From the IMG/VR virus record IMGVR_UViG_3300002098_000002: 64,000 nucleotides of DNA; one strand, written 5' to 3'. Source of the DNA: a virus. Below the pieces are notes generated by a model, which was given only the letters and a program-made list of their open reading frames with translations, searched no databases and was not told where the DNA came from. Below, piece by piece: positions 7,214 to 12,283 of this stretch. Position numbers and translations under genes: made by a program. Numbering within the stretch: the first letter of the stretch is position 1; each line of letters starts with the position of its first letter.

Positions 7214-7306
7214 AGTTTGACGGTGCTGCCGCTCAGCTTTCATCACATCGCGAGTGCGTTGAAAGTGATCCCTTGGTGATGCAGGATTAGGAGTACCGTC
7301 AAAACT
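7214..7306 (+). ncRNA. 93-nt stem-enclosed structured element (candidate small RNA)
   Basis: AGTTTGACGGT (7214-7224) pairs with ACCGTCAAAACT (7295-7306), giving 11 bp with one bulge. The enclosed part has CTTTCA...TGAAAG and CGC-GAGT-GCG hairpins. It occupies a slot between two tRNAs but has no T arm. Confidence 0.3.
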
Positions 7307-7315
7307 AACTAGTTA

Positions 7316-7403
7316 GGAAGGATGGCCGAGCGGATTATGGCAGCAGTCTTGAAAACTGAAGAACCGAAAGGTTCCGTGGGTTCGAATCCTACTCCTTCCG
7401 CCA
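7316..7403 (+). tRNA. tRNA-Ser(UGA)
   Basis: Acceptor GGAAGGA/TCCTTCC, anticodon loop CTTGAAA, long variable arm AGAACCGAAAGGTTCC, T arm GTGGG-TTCGAAT-CCTAC, encoded CCA. Confidence 0.88.
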
Positions 7404-8074
7404 TTTGTGAAGCATGTTCTGCCTTACATAACAGAGTGTATGGCAGTGGACGTTTCTGTGGCAGTACCTGTGCACGGTCCTTTTCTACCAAGAAGGATCG
7501 AATATGTATAAATGCAAAATTATCTGCGGCATCAAAACGCCTAGGCCTTAGGCCCCCTTCACAAAAAGGGAAAACAAGAAGTTTAGGGACACGCCAAAAG
7601 GTATCAGAAGCGTTGCTTAGGTTTTTTGAAACCAAAAACAATGGCCCTTCAAGAAGGGGCCGTTATGGGTTTCATGGCCCTACAAAAGAGAAACGTAATT
7701 GTAAAAATTGTGAGAAACCCTTCTTTTGTGATGGCTTTTCAGACGCAAAATGTTGCAAACCAAATTGCACACATGAAAGAAGGATTGCTGCTTATCAAGC
7801 AGAAGTTCTTGGGAAGGTTCTTCAAAACCTTCCAATTCAGAAAAAGCATTTACGTCGTTACTTGTTAAAAACATATGGTGTTTGTAAGACTTGTGGTATA
7901 AAGGAATGGCAAGGAAAACTTTTATCCCTTCAAATACACCATAAAGATTTTAATTCAAAAAATAACATTCTTTCCAATGTAGAACTGCTCTGTCCAAATT
8001 GTCATAGTTTGACAGACAATTATACTGGAAAAGGTAGTAAAGGGATTTCCAGGAAAAAGAAATCTGTTGCCTAA
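7403..8074 (+). CDS. HNH homing endonuclease with N-terminal zinc finger and NUMOD3-like motif
   Basis: HHKDFNSKNNILSNVELLCPNCH is an HNH motif. CEAC...GSGRFCGSTCA is a zinc finger. GKTRSLGTRQKVSEAL is NUMOD3-like. The ORF is open from inside tRNA-Ser (7322) and there is no ATG after the tRNA, so the start is uncertain (ATT 7403 or GTG 7436). Confidence 0.75.
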   Translation: MCEACSALHNRVYGSGRFCGSTCARSFSTKKDRICINAKLSAASKRLGLRPPSQKGKTRSLGTRQKVSEALLRFFETKNNGPSRRGRYGFHGPTKEKRNCKNCEKPFFCDGFSDAKCCKPNCTHERRIAAYQAEVLGKVLQNLPIQKKHLRRYLLKTYGVCKTCGIKEWQGKLLSLQIHHKDFNSKNNILSNVELLCPNCHSLTDNYTGKGSKGISRKKKSVA

Positions 8075-8139
8075 CCAAAATCATGTGACTTCGGATGTAA
8101 AAGCACATAGCTTGGGAGTACTAGCCCAGCACCATTTGA

Positions 8140-8216
8140 CGCGCTGTAGAGGAGTCCGGTTTCCTTGCCACGCTCATAACGTGGAGACACAGGTTCAAAT
8201 CCTGTCGGCGCAACCA
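8140..8216 (+). tRNA. tRNA-fMet-like (CAU) with C1-A72 mismatch
   Basis: Acceptor CGCGCTG/CGGCGCA leaves C1 opposite A72. D stem GAGG/CCTT, anticodon stem CCACG/CGTGG, loop CTCATAA, T arm ACAGG-TTCAAAT-CCTGT, encoded ACCA. Confidence 0.75.
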
Positions 8217-8230
8217 ATACGGAGTTACCC

Positions 8231-8419
8231 ATGCAATGGAAATATACTGCACTTTTTACTCTGGATGAAAAGACGGAGTGGAAGTCAGGTATAGTGGAAG
8301 CTAACAGCGCCAGCATTGCAGAAGATATGGTTTATGATCCCCTGCCGCTTGGAGCGCAGGGTGTTTGTATAAGTGCTGAGTCCTTAGGTGGACCTAATCA
8401 GTTACGGGTTGAGGAATAG
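8231..8419 (+). CDS. small hypothetical protein
   Basis: 62 aa with GGAG 7 nt upstream of the ATG. The stop lies 13 nt inside the predicted 5' end of the tRNA-Tyr-like gene, so either this ORF or that tRNA boundary is uncertain. Confidence 0.4.
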   Translation: MQWKYTALFTLDEKTEWKSGIVEANSASIAEDMVYDPLPLGAQGVCISAESLGGPNQLRVEE

Positions 8420-8494
8420 TGGCGACGGCAAGGTCACGGCGGACTGTAAACCCGCTCCTTATAGGCAGAGGTTCGACTCCTCCCTCACCCACCA
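8407..8494 (+). tRNA. tRNA-Tyr(GUA)-like, atypical acceptor and D region
   Basis: Anticodon loop CTGTAAA on stem GCGGA/CCCGC, long variable arm TCCTTATAGGC, T arm GAGG-TTCGACT-CCTC, 3' CTCACCC-A-CCA. The 5' acceptor GGTTGAG has one mismatch and the D region GTGGC-N9-GTCAC is oversized. Length without CCA is 85 nt, as in bacterial tRNA-Tyr. Confidence 0.55.
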
Positions 8495-8614
8495 GATGAG
8501 ACCGCATACAAGTAACAGCACGATGATGCTAATAAGGGTCTCAATCATGACAACCTCCAATGGTTATGTTTAGAACGTTCATGAACAGATTAAGTTTCAT
8601 CAAAGGAGTACAAC

Positions 8615-8995
8615 ATGACTACCCCTATTTTTTCTGGAAAAATAAATATGAAAGGCTGGGAGCTGGGGGAGAAAACCCAAGAAAAGATTATTAAGAGAAT
8701 AACAAAAGCGGCAGAGAAACTAACCACGTGGCTTCTTGCAGAAGAAAATGATCAACGCTTTGTTACTTTCGCAAGGAGCTTCCGCACCAAAATGGTTTCT
8801 CCTTTGGAGATTGATATCCTTTTTAGTGAACAGAAAAATTCCCCAAGACTGAGCTTCGATCTCAGCACAGTCATAGATGACTTGATTGAAAGTTACATGC
8901 ACGGTAACGATGATAAAGTTATTAGTGCTGTTCTTAAGCAATTGAAGAAAAAAGTAACTGAATTAGAAACTGTTATAGAGAAAAATAAAACTTAA
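8615..8995 (+). CDS. hypothetical protein
   Basis: 126 aa with AAAGGAG 7 nt upstream of the ATG. Charged and helical-looking. No family recognised. Confidence 0.65.
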   Translation: MTTPIFSGKINMKGWELGEKTQEKIIKRITKAAEKLTTWLLAEENDQRFVTFARSFRTKMVSPLEIDILFSEQKNSPRLSFDLSTVIDDLIESYMHGNDDKVISAVLKQLKKKVTELETVIEKNKT

Positions 8996-8996
8996 T

Positions 8997-9067
8997 GGGG
9001 ACTCCGGTGGGCCGGTCGCTGCACTTGCAATGCGGTACAGAGGATTCAATTTCCTCAGTCTCCACCA
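8997..9067 (+). tRNA. tRNA-Ala(UGC) with minimised D arm
   Basis: Acceptor GGGGACT/AGTCTCC includes a G3-U70 wobble, the Ala identity element. Anticodon stem CTGCA/TGCGG, loop CTTGCAA, T arm GAGGA-TTCAATT-TCCTC, encoded ACCA. The D region is only 15 nt (CCGG-TGGG-CCGG-TCG). Confidence 0.6.
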
Positions 9068-9074
9068 AGTTTAT

Positions 9075-9149
9075 TCTCCGGTAGCTGAGTGGTACAGCAG
9101 TCGCCTGTTAAGCGAATGATCGCACGTTCGATCCGTGCCCGGAGAGCCA
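9075..9149 (+). tRNA. tRNA-Asn(GUU)
   Basis: Acceptor TCTCCGG/CCGGAGA, D stem GCTG/CAGC, anticodon loop CTGTTAA, T arm GCACG-TTCGATC-CGTGC, encoded CCA. Confidence 0.88.
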
Positions 9150-9173
9150 ATTTAAGCTCAGAGAGTATTATAA

Positions 9174-9467
9174 ATGTCCGTAGAACAAAATAGAAAAGCT
9201 TATAAGAAATACTATAATACCCGTAGAGTAGTCCTTATTGCGCAAAGGCAGAAGTTTATTTCAGACTTAAAGTTAAATCTGGGCTGTTCTATTTGTGGAT
9301 ACAACAAGTGTGCTCGTGCCTTACACTTTCATCATAAAGAAAATAAAGATGAAGGCATTGCAAGAATGTGCCGGACTTCTGGACTACAAAGCATTAAATC
9401 TGAGATAGAAAAATGTATTCTTGTTTGCGCCAATTGCCATGCTGAGATTCATGATGCCATTAAATAG
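9174..9467 (+). CDS. HNH endonuclease
   Basis: 97 aa. CSICG...LHFHHKENKD...CILVCANCHAEIH is an HNH motif. It is paralogous by eye to the minus-strand ORF at 11005-11490. Confidence 0.8.
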   Translation: MSVEQNRKAYKKYYNTRRVVLIAQRQKFISDLKLNLGCSICGYNKCARALHFHHKENKDEGIARMCRTSGLQSIKSEIEKCILVCANCHAEIHDAIK

Positions 9468-9480
9468 GCAGTACCAATAA

Positions 9481-9557
9481 CTTCGCGTAGCTCAGCAGGA
9501 CAGAGCGCCCGTCTACGAAACGGGAGGTCGTAGGATCGAAGCCTACCGCGAAGGCCA
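9481..9557 (+). tRNA. tRNA-Arg(ACG)
   Basis: Acceptor CTTCGCG/CGCGAAG, D stem GCTC/GAGC, anticodon stem CCCGT/ACGGG, loop CTACGAA, T arm GTAGG-ATCGAAG-CCTAC, encoded CCA. Confidence 0.9.
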
Positions 9558-9596
9558 AGACGTATTGTTAAAACAAACCAACTGGAGTTAAGTAAA

Positions 9597-10814
9597 ATGC
9601 AAGGCAAAAGTATCTTAATCAGGTTCTTTGCTACTATTCTAGTGATTTTCGGATCAGGCATCGTTTCCAGCATATACAATCCGCAAGCTACCTTGATTGC
9701 TGGAAAAGTGGCAGGTCAGCAGTTTTCCCCAAGTGACGGAGCGTACCTTTCAGCGAGTTACATCCTTAGTTCACTAAGCACTGTGAACGTGATAATCGGG
9801 TTGCTTGCCCTGCTATTGCTAGTGTGCATCTGGTTTGCACCAGCGCGTTTACTGGTTGAAGCACTTAAAGCATCTTCAGTAGTTGCTTTGTTGGCTTTCT
9901 CAGGGATTGGAAGAGCTGATGCCTACTACGACACAAAAGATATAACTGAAGCCTACACCATCCTTCCAAATGAAAGTGCCTTTTGGATCCCCGATGTTGG
10001 TAACAACAAGGATGATCAAGCAAAGATGGATAGTGAGGCTTATTACGCAGCCAACAAACTGGCTGTAAAACGCTTCTTGATCCCCCACGTAAAACTCAGT
10101 GGTACTGGTGGTTCATGGGGGTGGGATGCTTACGTGCCCGCTGGCCGTTTGATCATTGTCCCGCGCACACCATATTCCCGTGAATGGGTGGATGCCCATG
10201 ATCGCGGTACTGCTAAAACTAAGCAGGGCTTCCCTTGTCAAACAAAAGAAGGTTTGAACATTACGGCAGGTGTATCGATTGGAACATCCGTCATGGAAGC
10301 AAATGCGGCCAAATACTTGTATAGGGCAGGCGTTGCTAACAGCACCACACAAGGTGCTGTAAGGACCGACCCCGCTGTAATTTTCCAATCAGTTTACTAT
10401 GGCCGTAGCCTTGAAAACTTTATGGATGACATCGGCAGAAAAAAGGTACAGACCCTGATTTGCGCCGAAATATCATCCAGAACCTTTGATCAAGCTAATG
10501 CAGATACAAACCCTATAATGGTCAAGGTTGAAAAGGATGCCAAGGACTACTTCGCTGCCTATGGCATTACCTTGGATTTCATTGGGTGGGCCGATACGTT
10601 CACCTTCGATGATCCTGTTCAGAAGGCTGTGAATGACAAATACATTGCCAACTCTTTGGCTTCAGCTATGACCACGCTTCAGGCTGTGGCACAGTTGAAG
10701 GTGCAAGAGGGCCTTGGCTCAGGCTTGGCTAATAAGGGGCTGCCAATCGTGGTTACCCCTGATATGATTAACGCTTTGATCGGGTTGGTTAAGGCACCAC
10801 CTCCGGTTAAGTAA
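9597..10814 (+). CDS. membrane protein, SPFH/band-7-like (putative)
   Basis: 405 aa with about three N-terminal TM helices. The soluble part follows an SPFH-like pattern: AFWIPDVG...RFLIPHV...GLNITAGVSIGTSV...AAKYLY...YGITLDFIGWADTFTFDDPVQKAVN. Confidence 0.45.
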   Translation: MQGKSILIRFFATILVIFGSGIVSSIYNPQATLIAGKVAGQQFSPSDGAYLSASYILSSLSTVNVIIGLLALLLLVCIWFAPARLLVEALKASSVVALLAFSGIGRADAYYDTKDITEAYTILPNESAFWIPDVGNNKDDQAKMDSEAYYAANKLAVKRFLIPHVKLSGTGGSWGWDAYVPAGRLIIVPRTPYSREWVDAHDRGTAKTKQGFPCQTKEGLNITAGVSIGTSVMEANAAKYLYRAGVANSTTQGAVRTDPAVIFQSVYYGRSLENFMDDIGRKKVQTLICAEISSRTFDQANADTNPIMVKVEKDAKDYFAAYGITLDFIGWADTFTFDDPVQKAVNDKYIANSLASAMTTLQAVAQLKVQEGLGSGLANKGLPIVVTPDMINALIGLVKAPPPVK

Positions 10815-10821
10815 CTGGTTT

Positions 10822-10895
10822 CGCCCCTTAGCTTAGTGATAAAGCAACGGACTCTGACTCCGTGGACCTCAGTTTGATTCTGAGAGGGGCTGCCA
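10822..10895 (+). tRNA. tRNA-Gln(CUG)
   Basis: Acceptor CGCCCCT/AGGGGCT with an unpaired 1-72 position. D stem GCTT/AAGC, anticodon stem ACGGA/TCCGT, loop CTCTGAC, T arm CTCAG-TTTGATT-CTGAG, encoded CCA. Confidence 0.8.
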
Positions 10896-10902
10896 ATTTC
10901 AT

Positions 10903-10976
10903 GGTGTGGTGGCCGAATGGTTAGGCTGGAGATTGCAACCCTCCCAATGCGTGTTCGATTCACGCCCACACCTCCA
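10903..10976 (+). tRNA. tRNA-Cys(GCA)
   Basis: Acceptor GGTGTGG/CCACACC, anticodon loop TTGCAAC, T arm GCGTG-TTCGATT-CACGC, discriminator T, encoded CCA. Confidence 0.85.
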
Positions 10977-10981
10977 AATTT

Positions 10982-11063
10982 GCCCTCGTAGCCAGTTAGG
11001 ACTTCTAATCCTTTATCTGTAGTGGAGCTGAAAACGCGGGTTCAAATCCTGCCGAGGGTGCCA
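10982..11063 (+). pseudogene. aberrant tRNA-like gene (possible Arg-UCU hairpin, no canonical D arm)
   Basis: The acceptor GCCCTCG/CGAGGGT and T arm GCGGG-TTCAAAT-CCTGC plus GCCA are good. The 47-nt core does not fold into a cloverleaf. The only hairpin is AGGA-CTTCTAA-TCCT. The 3' two thirds is antisense to the end of the HNH ORF. Confidence 0.4.
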
Positions 11064-11490
11064 GTCTCTTTAAAGAACTCTTTCCTGCACTTTCTTTTGC
11101 GTGATGTATCCTGTGACAATTTGAACAAAGGATAATACATTTTTCAATCTCTAACTTGGCCTTACTTATCTGACCTTTTCTAAAAAGGTTACTAACCTCA
11201 GAATCTTTAGATTTTGGATCTATGTGATGAAAATCTAAAGCTGCTGGATGAGAATTGAAACCACAATTTTTGCACCCTTTTCCAAGTTTTACAGAATCTA
11301 ACCAAGCCCTTTTAACTATCTTGCTTTGCGTGTTCTTTAAACCCAGACGTATTTTGTGTTTAAGATAATAGGCTTTGGCTGCGTTACTAGAACAATTTTT
11401 GCAAGATCTGGAAAAGCCATCTTTATGTGTTCTGTCTTTGCTAAAAGACGAGAGGGCTTGTAGTTGTTTACAACGGTAACACTTTTTCAT
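11005..11490 (-). CDS. HNH endonuclease
   Basis: 161 aa. CKNCGFNSHPAALDFHHIDPKSKD...CIILCSNCHRIHH is an HNH motif. This is the only minus-strand gene in the left arm. Its last 18 or so codons read antisense through the aberrant tRNA. Confidence 0.8.
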   Translation of the reverse strand: MKKCYRCKQLQALSSFSKDRTHKDGFSRSCKNCSSNAAKAYYLKHKIRLGLKNTQSKIVKRAWLDSVKLGKGCKNCGFNSHPAALDFHHIDPKSKDSEVSNLFRKGQISKAKLEIEKCIILCSNCHRIHHAKESAGKSSLKRLAPSAGFEPAFSAPLQIKD

Positions 11491-11518
11491 ATCTTTATGA
11501 TAAACAAGTTCTGAAAAA

Positions 11519-11550
11519 GTGTAAAGGTTCGAGTCCTCGCCGGAGCACCA
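11519..11550 (+). pseudogene. tRNA 3' fragment (T loop, acceptor 3' strand and CCA only)
   Basis: GGTTCGAGTCC-TCG-CCGGAGC-A-CCA is followed by the spacer AATAC seen after other tRNAs. There is no matching 5' acceptor (GCTCCGG) upstream, and the T stem pairs for only 3 bp. Confidence 0.45.
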
Positions 11551-11554
11551 ATAC

Positions 11555-11630
11555 GGTCACGTACATCAGAGGATAGATGGCCCCGGTCCTAACGGGGAGG
11601 CCGCAGGTTCGAATCCTGCCGTGATCACCA
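11555..11630 (+). tRNA. tRNA-Arg(CCU)
   Basis: Acceptor GGTCACG/CGTGATC, D stem CATC/GATG, anticodon stem CCCCG/CGGGG, loop GTCCTAA, T arm GCAGG-TTCGAAT-CCTGC, encoded CCA. Confidence 0.88.
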
Positions 11631-11637
11631 ATTCAAT

Positions 11638-11729
11638 GGAAAGATGGGTGAGTGGTTTAAACCAGCGGTTTGCTAAACCGCCGACTGCCGTAAAGCGGTC
11701 CGGGAGTTCGAATCTCCCTCTTTCCGCCA
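11638..11729 (+). tRNA. tRNA-Ser(GCU)
   Basis: Acceptor GGAAAGA/TCTTTCC, anticodon stem GCGGT/ACCGC, loop TTGCTAA, 20-nt variable arm, T arm GGGAG-TTCGAAT-CTCCC, encoded CCA. Confidence 0.88.
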
Positions 11730-11732
11730 ATT

Positions 11733-11806
11733 GCTGGTATAGCTCAATGGTAGAGCCACGGTCTTCCAAACCGTTGACGCGGGTCCGATTCCCGCTACCC
11801 GCTCCA
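11733..11806 (+). tRNA. tRNA-Gly(UCC)
   Basis: Acceptor GCTGGTA/TACCCGC with a 3-70 mismatch. D stem GCTC/GAGC, anticodon stem ACGGT/ACCGT, loop CTTCCAA, T arm GCGGG-TCCGATT-CCCGC, encoded CCA. Confidence 0.78.
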
Positions 11807-11809
11807 ATT

Positions 11810-11884
11810 GCCCCGTTAGTTTACTGGCTAGAACACTGGTCCTTCAAACCGGGAGAAGCGGATCGATACCGCTACGGGGTACCA
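11810..11884 (+). tRNA. tRNA-Glu(UUC) with C at position 33
   Basis: Acceptor GCCCCGT/ACGGGGT, D stem GTTT/GAAC, anticodon stem CTGGT/ACCGG, loop CCTTCAA, T arm AGCGG-ATCGATA-CCGCT, encoded CCA. Confidence 0.78.
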
Positions 11885-11889
11885 ATTAC

Positions 11890-11963
11890 AGCCGATTCGT
11901 TCAATGGTAGGACGCGAGACTTTGAAGCTCGCTACGAAGGTTCGATTCCTTCATCGGCTTCCA
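11890..11963 (+). tRNA. tRNA-Gln(UUG)
   Basis: Acceptor AGCCGAT/ATCGGCT, D stem GTTC/GGAC, anticodon loop CTTTGAA, T arm GAAGG-TTCGATT-CCTTC, encoded CCA. Confidence 0.85.
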
Positions 11964-11964
11964 G

Positions 11965-12035
11965 CGCGCTGCTTTCGGCAAAGGCTGGCCTTTCATACGG
12001 GCCACAAGTTGGATCGACACCAACCTGCGCGACCA
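11965..12035 (+). tRNA. tRNA (CAU) with minimised D arm, Met or Ile2
   Basis: Acceptor CGCGCTG/CTGCGCG with one mismatch. Anticodon stem GGCCT/GGGCC, loop TTCATAC, T arm GTTGG-ATCGACA-CCAAC, encoded ACCA. The D region is only 15 nt (CTTT-CGGC-AAAG-GCT), the same layout as the Ala gene. Confidence 0.55.
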
Positions 12036-12040
12036 TTTAT

Positions 12041-12116
12041 GCTAGGTAGGCCGATCAGGTGATGGCGCGGGGCTGTGGACTCCGTTAGGCTGGATCGATA
12101 CCAGCACCTAGTACCA
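12041..12116 (+). tRNA. tRNA-His(GUG), A73 and no encoded G-1/C73 pair
   Basis: Acceptor GCTAGGT/ACCTAGT, anticodon stem CGGGG/CTCCG, loop CTGTGGA, T arm GCTGG-ATCGATA-CCAGC, discriminator A, encoded CCA. The base before position 1 is T. Confidence 0.82.
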
Positions 12117-12120
12117 ATAC

Positions 12121-12198
12121 GGGAGTGTAGCTTAGCCTGGTCTAAAGCATGGAGCCCCAACCTCCAGATCGTGGGTTCAAATCCTACCTCTCTCGCCA
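12121..12198 (+). tRNA. tRNA-Trp(CCA) with C at position 33
   Basis: Acceptor GGGAGTG/CTCTCTC with one mismatch. D stem GCTT/AAGC, anticodon stem TGGAG/CTCCA, loop CCCCAAC, T arm GTGGG-TTCAAAT-CCTAC, encoded CCA. Confidence 0.78.
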
Positions 12199-12283
12199 TG
12201 TTTTATTCTGGGTTTACAGGGTTTTATCAGGGTGTTAAGCCGTGCCCGTTAACCTAGGTATTAACAACATAAGGATGTTCCTG

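Noticed and set aside
8459-8548. 29-aa hydrophobic ORF on the minus strand (MIETLISIIVLLLVCGLIWWVREESNLCL) with GGAGG 5 nt upstream.
   Set aside because: It is very short, antisense to the 3' end of the tRNA-Tyr-like gene, and in an otherwise plus-strand block. It cannot be supported from sequence alone.
10982-11550. Hypothesis that the HNH gene at 11005-11490 is carried by a group I intron splitting a single tRNA.
   Set aside because: The left element has its own matching acceptor 3' strand and CCA. The right fragment's acceptor strand (CCGGAGC) has no complementary 5' strand anywhere upstream. No intron core helices were recognised.
11566-12257. ORFs 11566-11769 (minus), 11621-12049 (plus), 11993-12199 (minus) and 12075-12257 (plus).
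   Set aside because: Same artefact. They span seven consecutive tRNA genes, and GFEP motifs come from GGTTCGAA T loops.
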